Positions 53,700 through 62,424 of a stretch of 62,424 nt of DNA are shown here, piece after piece. The notes under the pieces are model-generated. The model saw only the letters and a program-made list of their open reading frames with translations, was not told the origin of the DNA and did no database searches. Position numbers and translations under genes: made by a program. This DNA is from Actinomycetes bacterium. GTDB taxonomy: Bacteria; Actinomycetota; Acidimicrobiia; Acidimicrobiales; Ilumatobacteraceae. Numbering within the stretch: position 1 is the first letter of the stretch; each line of letters starts with the position of its first letter. The stretch lies in contig BJFV01000001.1 in NCBI GenBank assembly GCA_014190055.1, forward strand, positions 1 to 62,424. Direction: 5' to 3'.

Positions 53700-55955
53700 T
53701 CATCTAGACGCCGATGGGTGCGCAATATCTTCTACTTCTAGTGAGACCGTTTCAGCCCCCGGCAACACACGACTCGCATCGTAAACGCCGTCAATGCGCT
53801 TTATCACCCTCAAAACTGACTGCAAGTGACTGGGGTCAGCGAACTCAAACTCAAATCGCATTCGCGCCACTCTGTCTGAGCCGGTGTGCGTTGTGCACGC
53901 CACGATGTTCACATGCTCGTCTGAAAGTGCATTGGCAACATCTCGCAACAATCGTGAACGATCTAATGCTTTAACTTCAACCGCCGCGACAAACATTGTG
54001 TTTGCACCATCAGACGACCATTCAACGTCGACTACTCGCGCTGAGTCTTCGGCAAGTGCTGCGGCGTTTGCGCAGTCGGCTCGATGCACCGTCACGCCGC
54101 GACCTTTAGTCATAAAACCCATCAATTCATCGGGCGGAACTGGCGTGCAACACCTCGAGAGGCGAATAAGTACGTCGGGCATGCCCTCAATATGCACACC
54201 ATTTTTTTGGTTAACACTCGTGATATTGCCGCCAACTGATGACATCGACAGTTGATCTGGCTGCATACCATCGCGCATACGTTTTGACATGCGTTCGACC
54301 GTTGCTACGGCGTCAACCCGCTGGTCGCCGATTGCGGCAAAGAATTCGTTCACGTTCTCAAAACTGAGAAGTGCAACTTCGTCTTGCAACACCTGCGACG
54401 ACAAAATCTTCTGTGCAGGCAAACCAGCTTGACGAAGACGCTCGACAAGTTCGTCTCGTCCATTTTCTACGAGATCTTCATGACGTTCGCGAGTCAACCA
54501 TTGTTTGATCTTGCTGCGTGCCTTCGGCGAAACAACAAACTCAAGCCAATCTTCGGTCGGCTCGCTCGTCTCGCCTTGAGAAACAAGAATTTCGCAAGTA
54601 TCACCCGACGCAAGTTTGTAATCAAGTGGCACCAAGCGACCGTTCACGCGGGCTCCCATGCAACTATGTCCAACCTCTGTGTGCACCGCGTATGCGAAAT
54701 CAACTGGCGTCGACAAAACTGGCAGCGTAATCACACGACCCTTGGGCGTAAAAACAAACAATTCATCTTGCTCAAGATCTGTTTTCAAAATCTCCAAGAA
54801 CTGTCTGGGGTCTGACACCTCGCCTTGCCAATCGATAATGCGATTCAGCCAGTCAATATCACCTTCGGTAACAGTGTCTTTGTAGGCCCAGTGTGAAGCC
54901 ACACCCCACTCTGCTCGCTGATGCATTTCTTGGGTACGAATTTGAACCTCGATCGGTTTGCCGCCAGGCCCGACAACAGTCGTGTGCAGAGATTGATACA
55001 AGTTGAATTTCGGCATCGCTATGTAATCTTTGAATCGACCCACGATTGGCTTCCAATGCCCGTGAATCGCACCCAGCACCGTGTAGCAATCTTTTTCTGA
55101 TTGAACGACAATTCGAATCGCCAGCAAGTCATAGATGTCGTCGAATTCACGACCCTTTTGCACCATCTTTTCGTAGATGCTCCAAAGGTGTTTACCGCGC
55201 GCCGTAAGTTCAGCTTTAATCTTCACTTCATCTAGCCATTGTTGAACTTGACCGATGGTCTTTGCCAGGTAGACATTTCTCTCGGGGGCACGAGTTGCAA
55301 CAAGATGATCGAGTTCGGCGTATCGCTTTGGATATAACGCCGCAAAGGCCAAATCTTCTAGCTGCTGTTTGATCTCTTGCATGCCAAGCCGATGAGCAAG
55401 TGGTGCATAAATGTCAAGAGTTTCTTGTGCAACCCTCTGCTGTTTCTCATGAGGCACCGCGGCAATCGTGCGCATGTTGTGCAAGCGATCTGCAAGTTTG
55501 ATCATCAGCACACGCAAATCGCGGGCCATTGCCACCAACATTTTGCGCATTGTCGCAGCCTGTTGTGCTTCTTTTGAATCAAACTGGAGGCGTTCAAGTT
55601 TTGTGACGCCGTCGACAATTGCCGACACCTCACTGCCGAAATTACTTTCAACGTCAGAAATTGTTATTTCGGTATCTTCGACAGCATCATGCAGCAATGC
55701 TGCAACTATTGAAACTTCATCAAGACCAATGTCGGCGACAATTCGGGCAACAGCAATTGGATGATTTATGTACAGTTCTCCGCTGGATCGATTCTGGTTC
55801 GCATGTGCCGATCGAGCCATTTCATAGGCCGTATTAATCAGCGAAACCGAACCCTTTGGATGCCTCGACTTATAGGCAGTCAGCAACGGCGAGAGCTCTT
55901 CGGCAATCGTTGTATTTTGGCGCCGCCACGGCAGCACCCTTGATGAGGTGGCCAT
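53700..55955 (-). CDS. rel: Bifunctional (p)ppGpp synthetase/hydrolase (Rel)
   Basis: 751 aa with an HD hydrolase domain (HDAVEDT), a synthetase domain, and TGS and ACT C-terminal domains. Confidence 0.96.
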   Translation of the reverse strand: MATSSRVLPWRRQNTTIAEELSPLLTAYKSRHPKGSVSLINTAYEMARSAHANQNRSSGELYINHPIAVARIVADIGLDEVSIVAALLHDAVEDTEITISDVESNFGSEVSAIVDGVTKLERLQFDSKEAQQAATMRKMLVAMARDLRVLMIKLADRLHNMRTIAAVPHEKQQRVAQETLDIYAPLAHRLGMQEIKQQLEDLAFAALYPKRYAELDHLVATRAPERNVYLAKTIGQVQQWLDEVKIKAELTARGKHLWSIYEKMVQKGREFDDIYDLLAIRIVVQSEKDCYTVLGAIHGHWKPIVGRFKDYIAMPKFNLYQSLHTTVVGPGGKPIEVQIRTQEMHQRAEWGVASHWAYKDTVTEGDIDWLNRIIDWQGEVSDPRQFLEILKTDLEQDELFVFTPKGRVITLPVLSTPVDFAYAVHTEVGHSCMGARVNGRLVPLDYKLASGDTCEILVSQGETSEPTEDWLEFVVSPKARSKIKQWLTRERHEDLVENGRDELVERLRQAGLPAQKILSSQVLQDEVALLSFENVNEFFAAIGDQRVDAVATVERMSKRMRDGMQPDQLSMSSVGGNITSVNQKNGVHIEGMPDVLIRLSRCCTPVPPDELMGFMTKGRGVTVHRADCANAAALAEDSARVVDVEWSSDGANTMFVAAVEVKALDRSRLLRDVANALSDEHVNIVACTTHTGSDRVARMRFEFEFADPSHLQSVLRVIKRIDGVYDASRVLPGAETVSLEVEDIAHPSASR

Positions 55956-55970
55956 GTCTAAAGCGTAGTG

Positions 55971-57107
55971 CTAACGGCGTTTTTTTCGAGGTCGCGGTGG
56001 GTGCGTCAATACAGCAGTAACCCGCTTTTCGGTGCTGCTTGTTGCAGATTGACTCGTGTCGGTCGCCACATTTCCCGTGCCCGAAGACGCAGCGACCATT
56101 TTTGTATTCTCACCCGAACCCATGAGTGCCGACAATGCACTACCTGTTGCGATCTGGCCCTTGTATGGCCGATATCTCGATTCATCACGCTTGAGTAAAT
56201 CTAAAAGCGGAACTGCAACGAAAATCGACGAATAAGTGCCTGCCAACATGCCAACCAAAAGTGCGACTGCGAACTCTTCGAGACTCTTCGCCCCAAGCAT
56301 GAATGAGCCGACAACCAACAAAGAAATTACTGGCAGAGCCGATGAGAGAGTCGTGTTCAGCGACCGTGCGAGCACTTCATTGGTCGAGATGTTTGCAATG
56401 TTGGCAAACGATTGACGTGACGTTGCAAACTTTTCTGCATTCTCTTGAACTCGATCGAAGACAACCACGGTGTCATAGAGCGAGTATCCCAAGATCGTCA
56501 AAAACGCAACAACAGTTGCAGGTGTTACTTCAAAACCGAATAGAGAATAAACACCAACACTGATTAATACGTCGTGGACCATCGCAACAAATGCTGCAAT
56601 CGCCATCTTCCATTCGAGACGCCAAGAGATGTAAAGCGAAACAATGACAAAAAATGCAATCAAGGCTCGAACTGCCTTTTCAGTGATGCTGCGTCCCCAA
56701 GACGAACTAACCGAAGCAACGCTTACCTCTTTGACTTCAACTTTGGCCAGCTCGGCAAAAGATTGCTGAACAGCAAGACGAATTGCTTCGGGTTGATCTC
56801 CGACTTGCACTCGCATCACTTGCAACTCACTGCCTGTCAAAAATTGAATCTTGGCATTTGACGCATCAACATTGTTGGCGTCAAGAACATTTCGTGCATC
56901 CTGATCGGTAAGAGAACCAGCAGGCACTTCCCATGCGACACCGCCGCGAAAGTCAATGCCAAGTTCAAGGCGTTGAATAACTAATGAGACTGCGCCAGCG
57001 AGAACAATTATCAGTGAGACTGTGAGACCAAAAATGCGCTTACCGATGAAGTCGAACGTTGTCTCGCCGCGATAGAGCCGACCGAAACCAGAGAAGAATG
57101 TTTTCAT
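55971..57107 (-). CDS. secF: Protein translocase subunit SecF
   Basis: 378 aa with 6 TM segments and a Ser/Thr-rich basic C-terminal tail. Confidence 0.94.
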   Translation of the reverse strand: MKTFFSGFGRLYRGETTFDFIGKRIFGLTVSLIIVLAGAVSLVIQRLELGIDFRGGVAWEVPAGSLTDQDARNVLDANNVDASNAKIQFLTGSELQVMRVQVGDQPEAIRLAVQQSFAELAKVEVKEVSVASVSSSWGRSITEKAVRALIAFFVIVSLYISWRLEWKMAIAAFVAMVHDVLISVGVYSLFGFEVTPATVVAFLTILGYSLYDTVVVFDRVQENAEKFATSRQSFANIANISTNEVLARSLNTTLSSALPVISLLVVGSFMLGAKSLEEFAVALLVGMLAGTYSSIFVAVPLLDLLKRDESRYRPYKGQIATGSALSALMGSGENTKMVAASSGTGNVATDTSQSATSSTEKRVTAVLTHPPRPRKKRR

Positions 57108-58690
57108 TAAATTGCCTCTGGCTTAACAGTTTGAATGCCAAGAATCTTGCGACCTTGAGCGCCTTTTGAGCGCGCATAGAGAAGAACCGCGCTTCGCGTA
57201 AAGAAGAACGTCACAAGAATGTCGGTCAGCGCAGAAATGCCCAGGAAAAACGCAAAGCCGCGAACCGAACCGACGGTCAAATACCACAACACAATCGCGG
57301 CTATAAACGAAACCGTATCGGCTGCGACGATTGTGCGCCATGCAGACTCAAAACTGCGCAGTGCAGAATTCTTCAGAGTTTTTCCGACACGAATTTCGTC
57401 TTTAATTCTCTCAAAGAACACAATGTAAGAGTCGACAGCAATGCCGATTGAAACGATGATGCCGGCGATACCCGACAACGAAAGTGCAAGACCATTGGTG
57501 CGCGACAAGAAAGAAATCACGCTCCACAAAAGCGCAACTGAGACACTTAGACCTGCAATAACAAAGAAAGCCATCAGTCTGTAGTAAGCAAACAACAGCA
57601 AAGCAACCAACAAAATACCAACTAGTCCCGAGATCAAAGCGGCGCGAAGCGAATCTGAGCCCAATGTTGCCGAAACTGTCTGAGCTTGTGACACACCAAA
57701 GCGCACCGGAACTGCGCCGAACTCGAGAATTTTGGCCAGATCACGTGCTTCTTCTGGCGTGAACGAACCAGTGATTTGCACAGTGCCGCCGGTGAACTCA
57801 GGTTCGTTAACTGTTGGCGCAGAGATAACGGTGCCATCAAGCACCATTGCGAGTTGCCCAGTTGGGCATTCGGCAGTCTTGTTGAAACATGCAGCGGCGA
57901 GTCTGTTCCATAATTGGTCGCCATCTGGTCCACTTCGCAAACCAACAACCACAGCCCACTGCCCCGATTGAACGTCAGCGACCGCATCATTCTTGAAAAC
58001 TTTGCCCGAAGCACCAGCCGGCCCCACGACATAGGCGACGCCTTGTTTATCGAGTAGCAACACAGTCTGTGTCGGATCATTCGGATCATCACCAAGACCC
58101 GACGCTGGGTCGGCCTCTTGCGTCTCAGTGGTAGACACTGGCGTCGAAGCTTCAGCCACTGTCGTCGTGCTGGCAGCGACAGTTGTCGGGGTCGAAATAA
58201 CTCTTGCTGCACCAGGACCACCCGAAACTAAACCTGCTCCATCTTCAACAGAATCAGAAGTTGACTCGGGCAATGTTGTTTCAGTTATCGGCAATGTCGT
58301 TTCGCTCGTCGGCACACTTGTATCTGGGTTTTGATTCAAAATGCCTGTTTGCAAAACGGGACGTAACAAAAGTTCACCGGTGCGTCCGATTATGTCGAGA
58401 GCCTGTTGCTGATCTTTTACGCCAGGCAGGTTGACAACTACAGTGCTACCTTGCAAAATAATTTCTGGTTCAGCAACGCCAATTGAGTCGACTCGTGCTC
58501 GAATGATTTCAACCGCGACATCAAGACCTGTCGCATCAAAATCGCCTTCTGGTTGCAAAGTTACAGAGGCACCACCTTGCAAATCGAGACCGAGCGCTGG
58601 CGTGTTTCCGACTACTAGATTCGCGACAAGTCCAGATAGGACGACCGCGATCAGTAAAGACAACGAAACGATATGGCGGCGTCTATTCAT
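57107..58690 (-). CDS. secD: Protein translocase subunit SecD
   Basis: 527 aa with a Thr/Ser/Pro-rich insertion in the first periplasmic domain. It overlaps secF by 1 nt. Confidence 0.94.
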   Translation of the reverse strand: MNRRRHIVSLSLLIAVVLSGLVANLVVGNTPALGLDLQGGASVTLQPEGDFDATGLDVAVEIIRARVDSIGVAEPEIILQGSTVVVNLPGVKDQQQALDIIGRTGELLLRPVLQTGILNQNPDTSVPTSETTLPITETTLPESTSDSVEDGAGLVSGGPGAARVISTPTTVAASTTTVAEASTPVSTTETQEADPASGLGDDPNDPTQTVLLLDKQGVAYVVGPAGASGKVFKNDAVADVQSGQWAVVVGLRSGPDGDQLWNRLAAACFNKTAECPTGQLAMVLDGTVISAPTVNEPEFTGGTVQITGSFTPEEARDLAKILEFGAVPVRFGVSQAQTVSATLGSDSLRAALISGLVGILLVALLLFAYYRLMAFFVIAGLSVSVALLWSVISFLSRTNGLALSLSGIAGIIVSIGIAVDSYIVFFERIKDEIRVGKTLKNSALRSFESAWRTIVAADTVSFIAAIVLWYLTVGSVRGFAFFLGISALTDILVTFFFTRSAVLLYARSKGAQGRKILGIQTVKPEAI

Positions 58691-58726
58691 TTATTTTTGA
58701 GCAATCTGCCTAAAAATCTCAGAAAC

Positions 58727-59089
58727 TCACTCGGCTGGCTTCGAATTTGTTGAAACTTTGCGAGCAACAGAGCCCTTGGCAATGCGAATTTCGACTTTGT
58801 CAGCAATGTCTAACCACAGCCATTCATCTTCGACTGCGGAAACAAAACCGTAAATACCTGAGTTCAGTACGACTTCGTCACCCTCAGCAATACTCTTTTG
58901 TAGATTTGCAGTTTCTTTTTGACGCTTGCGTTGTGGTCGCAACAACAAGAAGTACATTGCGGCGAAGATGAGAACGAGGGGCAAAAACCCCAAAATCGGA
59001 TTTGAAGCTTGTTCATCTGCCGCTGCGGCCACAAGGCTTGAAGAAATGGTCGAAAACAACGAATCAATAGTTAAAGACATAGCAAGCAA
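58727..59089 (-). CDS. yajC: Preprotein translocase subunit YajC
   Basis: 120 aa with a single TM helix followed by LLRPQRKRQKE. Confidence 0.9.
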   Translation of the reverse strand: MLAMSLTIDSLFSTISSSLVAAAADEQASNPILGFLPLVLIFAAMYFLLLRPQRKRQKETANLQKSIAEGDEVVLNSGIYGFVSAVEDEWLWLDIADKVEIRIAKGSVARKVSTNSKPAE

Positions 59090-59098
59090 GTCTAGGGG

Positions 59099-60217
59099 TT
59101 ATGCCTTGTCATTCGCAGTGTCTGCCCACACGGCCAATAATGACTTTCGCAGACTAGAGAACTCACCGATTGCGATTGCATCTCGCATCTGCTTCATCAA
59201 GTTCAAAGTGAAAGCGATGTTATGAATCGAAACCAGTCGCGCTGCCGTTGGTTCGTTGACTTGAAAAAGATGGCGAATATAACCTCGCGTGTGTCGCTTA
59301 CAAACTGGACACGCACATTGAAGATCTATTGGGTCTTGACTGGTTGAAAACTCAGCACGGGTGATATTTAGTTTGCCCGCTGAAGTGAGTGCAGTGCCGT
59401 GGCGACCGATTCGAGTCTGCATCACACAGTCAAATTGATCAACACCAAGATTGACAGCTTCGACTAATGAGGCTGGGTCGCCAACCCCCATCAAATATCT
59501 CGGACGATCTTTCGGCAAATGTTCAATCGCCGCAGAGAGTGCAACCAACATTTCTTCACGGGTCTCGCCTACTGACAAGCCGCCAATTCCGTAACCATCA
59601 AATTCTAAATTCGCCGTAATTTTTGCACTCTCTTGACGCAACACCGGGTCAATGCCGCCTTGCACGATTCCAAACAAACTTTGGTCAGGTCGCGTGTGGG
59701 TTGCCTTTGCTCGCGCTGCCCAATTCGAAGTGCGCTTCAACGCAAGCTTGATTACTTCATCAGTGGCAGGCAACGAAGCGCAAACATCCAAAACCATTTG
59801 TATATCTGCACCGAGAAGTTGCTGGGTAATCACTGCAGATTCTGGAGTGAATCTGTGCATTGAACCGTCATATGTTGACCTGAATGAAACACCTTCATCG
59901 TCGACATCTGGATTCAATGAAAAAACTTGAAAGCCACCCGAATCGGTAAGAGTCAGACCCTTCCAGCCTGCAAAGGCACCAAGGCCTCCCAAGTCTGAAA
60001 CAACTTGGGCACCCGGTCGAAGCATTAAGTGGTATGTATTGCCCAACACAATGCGCGCACCAAGTTCTTCGTAATCTTGCGCACTCAAATGTCTAATCGC
60101 CCCACGAGTGCCCACTGGCATAAAGCACGGTGTTTCGTAATCGCCTCGATGAGTTGTGGCGATGCCAGCGCGGGCCGATTGGTCGCGCGCAGTCTCACGA
60201 AATTTGACGGCGAACAT
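59099..60217 (-). CDS. tgt: Queuine tRNA-ribosyltransferase
   Basis: 372 aa, with the zinc site CACPVCKRHTRGYIRHL. Confidence 0.95.
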   Translation of the reverse strand: MFAVKFRETARDQSARAGIATTHRGDYETPCFMPVGTRGAIRHLSAQDYEELGARIVLGNTYHLMLRPGAQVVSDLGGLGAFAGWKGLTLTDSGGFQVFSLNPDVDDEGVSFRSTYDGSMHRFTPESAVITQQLLGADIQMVLDVCASLPATDEVIKLALKRTSNWAARAKATHTRPDQSLFGIVQGGIDPVLRQESAKITANLEFDGYGIGGLSVGETREEMLVALSAAIEHLPKDRPRYLMGVGDPASLVEAVNLGVDQFDCVMQTRIGRHGTALTSAGKLNITRAEFSTSQDPIDLQCACPVCKRHTRGYIRHLFQVNEPTAARLVSIHNIAFTLNLMKQMRDAIAIGEFSSLRKSLLAVWADTANDKA

Positions 60218-60261
60218 GCAACTACACGGTATCTAGTTGCCAGTTATAAACATTGATGGCG

Positions 60262-61278
60262 TTACAGGTGGCGATTCAAAAGCATGGCGTCACCAAACGA
60301 AAGCATGCGATATCGCTCGGCAATCGCCACCGAATAAAGATCACGCCAACGCGGGCCGACAAATGCTTCGATCATCATCAAAAGAGTTGTGCGCGGCATA
60401 TGAAAATTAGTCAACAACAGATCTACAACTTTGAACTCATACCCACGAGAGATAAACATCTTGGTCCGACCAGATAAAACGCCGCTAGTTGCAGCCGATT
60501 CGAGTGCGCGAGTAGCAGTTGTACCAACGGCAATAACCCGTTCGGCTCGAGCGCATTCTTCGAGAGTTTCTTCGGTGACGCGATAGTGCTCGCTATGCAT
60601 CGGATGATCTAACGGGTTTTCAGACGTCACCGGCGCAAATGTGTCTAAGCCGACTGTCAGATCAACAGTAAGAATTTTTATGCCTGCGCTTTTCAAATCT
60701 GACAATAGTTTTGGCGTGAAATGCAACCCTGCTGTGGGCGCAGCAGCAGACGCAGGTCGGTTGGCGTAAACCGTCTGATATCTGTCTGCCTGCTCAAGTC
60801 GTGTTTCGATATATGGAGGCAGCGGCATCTCGCCGTACTTTTTAAGCAGTGCCTCGACATCGTCACGCGTTTGGCCGACAAGCTCGACAATGAACGTGTC
60901 ACCAGCTTTGGTGCGTTCACCAATGCGAACAACTTCAGAATTGTCAGACGCAAAAAGTGTTTCACCTAACTTGAGACGCTTTGCCGGGCGAATTAGTGCC
61001 TCCCATTTGGACGGCGCTACCGAATCTTGCTCGAGCAACAAAACCTCTGCTGCGCCACCTGACTCTCGCACCAGTCGCAGTCGCGCCGGAATAACCTTCG
61101 TGTCGTTGACAACTATGACGTCTCCGGGTCGACAGAACTCAACGAAGTCTTTAACTTGACGATGCAGAGCAAGATTCGAACCTTGATCAACCAACAATCG
61201 CGCTGAATCTCGGGGCTCAACTGGCGTCTGGGCAATTAGCTCAGTTGGCAGCTCGTAATCAAAGTCTTCAATTCGCAC
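60262..61278 (-). CDS. queA: S-adenosylmethionine:tRNA ribosyltransferase-isomerase
   Basis: 338 aa, starting MRIEDFDYELPTELIAQTP.... Confidence 0.95.
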   Translation of the reverse strand: MRIEDFDYELPTELIAQTPVEPRDSARLLVDQGSNLALHRQVKDFVEFCRPGDVIVVNDTKVIPARLRLVRESGGAAEVLLLEQDSVAPSKWEALIRPAKRLKLGETLFASDNSEVVRIGERTKAGDTFIVELVGQTRDDVEALLKKYGEMPLPPYIETRLEQADRYQTVYANRPASAAAPTAGLHFTPKLLSDLKSAGIKILTVDLTVGLDTFAPVTSENPLDHPMHSEHYRVTEETLEECARAERVIAVGTTATRALESAATSGVLSGRTKMFISRGYEFKVVDLLLTNFHMPRTTLLMMIEAFVGPRWRDLYSVAIAERYRMLSFGDAMLLNRHL

Positions 61279-61290
61279 AAAAGAACTATT

Positions 61291-62310
61291 TTAAAATAAT
61301 TCTGGAGCAGTTTCAGGTGGCGTAAGACCAAGATGCTGCCATGCCAACGGCATCGCTACCCTGCCCCGAGGTGTTCGAGCCAACAAACCCTGCTGAATCA
61401 AAAATGGCTCATAGACATCTTCAATTGTCTCGGTCTGTTCACTAACCGAGATCGCCAACGTCGACAAGCCAACTGGCCCGCCCGCAAACTGTCGACATAG
61501 TGCAGACAAAATCGATCGATCAACTTTGTCGAGCCCAAGTTCGTCAACGCCAAAAACTGATAGGGCCTGTCGTGCGCTTTCTTTTGTAACTTGTCCATCG
61601 CCGCGCACTTCGGCGTGATCACGAACACGGCGCAACAAACGATTTGCAATTCGAGGTGTACCTCTAGACCTGCGCGCAATTTCGCTTGCGCCATGCTTGT
61701 CAATTGGTACTTTGAGAATTCGTGCCGTACGTAAGACGATTTGCTCAAGCTCATCGACTTCGTAAAAGTCGAGACGCGCAACTAGACCGAAGCGATCTCG
61801 CAACGGACCAGTGATCATGCCAGTACGAGTTGTGGCGCCAATCAATGTGAACTTTGGCAGAGTTAGTCGAATAGACGAAGCCGATGGACCTTTGCCGACG
61901 ACGATGTCGATCTGAAAATCTTCCATTGCGGGATACAAGATTTCTTCAACTTGGCGTGACAGCCGGTGAATCTCATCGATAAACAAGACATCGTTTACAT
62001 CAAGCTTGGTGAGAATCGACGCCAGGTCACCCGCTCGTTCAAGGGCCGGACCAGAAGTGATGTGGATTTTTGCCGACATCTCACTGGCAACGATGCCCGC
62101 CATTGTTGTTTTACCCAAACCCGGCGGCCCTGCAAGCAAAATGTGATCGGCAGATTGTTCTCGCTTTCGAGCAGCCTCAAGAACAATGCCAAGGTGTTCT
62201 TTGAGTTCGCGCTGACCAACAAAATCGTCGAGCGATTTGGGGCGCAAACCAATGTCGTCAAGATCTGCCGGATCTGTGGTGATCGCGGGATCAGTAAATT
62301 CTTCACGCAC
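61291..62310 (-). CDS. ruvB: Holliday junction branch migration helicase RuvB
   Basis: 339 aa, Walker [10 protein letters not shown], Walker B FIDEIHR. The GTG start overlaps the ruvA stop by 8 nt. Confidence 0.97.
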   Translation of the reverse strand: MREEFTDPAITTDPADLDDIGLRPKSLDDFVGQRELKEHLGIVLEAARKREQSADHILLAGPPGLGKTTMAGIVASEMSAKIHITSGPALERAGDLASILTKLDVNDVLFIDEIHRLSRQVEEILYPAMEDFQIDIVVGKGPSASSIRLTLPKFTLIGATTRTGMITGPLRDRFGLVARLDFYEVDELEQIVLRTARILKVPIDKHGASEIARRSRGTPRIANRLLRRVRDHAEVRGDGQVTKESARQALSVFGVDELGLDKVDRSILSALCRQFAGGPVGLSTLAISVSEQTETIEDVYEPFLIQQGLLARTPRGRVAMPLAWQHLGLTPPETAPELF

Positions 62311-62424
62311 GACGCGCCCCCAACATGTTCAACGCTTCACGCAACATTAGTTCTGGGTCGGTGCCGACATTGATTTCACGCAATACATCTCGAATCTCTT
62401 CTGCCGAGTAACCCAGGCCAGCCA
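62303..62424 (-). CDS. ruvA: Holliday junction DNA helicase RuvA, C-terminal fragment (partial at the right edge)
   Basis: The minus frame reads ..[39 protein letters not shown] with stop TGA 62305..62303. This is a typical RuvA domain III. Confidence 0.85.
   Translation of the reverse strand, partial: AGLGYSAEEIRDVLREINVGTDPELMLREALNMLGARRA

Overview
This window is a gene-dense core-genome segment of an actinobacterium. The gene order mirrors conserved Mycobacterium/Streptomyces blocks, recalled from memory and not searched. Read on the minus strand these are ruvA-ruvB-(queA-tgt)-yajC-secD-secF-rel-hisS-aspS-rarA-alaS-ruvX-mltG-aroE-aroC-aroK-aroB-aroQ-pepP-efp-nusB, then pyrR-pyrB-pyrC-carA-carB-pyrD-mihF-gmk-rpoZ-metK-priA-def-fmt, then infC-rpmI-rplT-trmH-pheS-pheT-tag-argC-argB-argD-argF-argR-argH-tyrS. 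An rRNA operon (16S-23S-5S, no tRNA in the spacer) follows, flanked by a cytochrome P450 and an EthA-like Baeyer-Villiger monooxygenase. The 16S sequence looks Acidimicrobiia-like to my eye, which is unverified inference. Every gene except the P450 and a small DUF1844-like ORF is on the minus strand. Many junctions are 1-8 nt start/stop overlaps, so the region looks streamlined. I see no CRISPR array, transposase, integrase, phage genes, toxin-antitoxin pair or defence island. I cannot support any claim of a novel multi-gene system here. The points worth a second look are smaller. (1) The left edge carries an in-frame tandem repeat that is open on both strands and encodes either an Arg/Asp/Pro-rich or a His/Asp-rich low-complexity protein. 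(2) Three genes have conserved N-terminal coding sequence that starts upstream of any ATG/GTG/TTG: the TrmH-like methyltransferase (CTG overlapping the rplT stop as CTGA), infC (ATA overlapping the stop of a 7-codon, strongly SD-led uORF as ATAG) and a DUF2079-like membrane protein. (3) The 16S 530 loop has an A-to-G change at the 3' end of the 515F primer site. (4) A PyrR-type RNA site lies next to the pyrR Shine-Dalgarno. (5) Relative to the canonical actinobacterial layout, argJ, argG, coaBC, pyrF and apt are missing from their usual positions, while queA-tgt and a class-1 pyrD without pyrK are present. rRNA ends and regulatory-site coordinates are approximate (about +/-5 nt), because they come from manual reading only.
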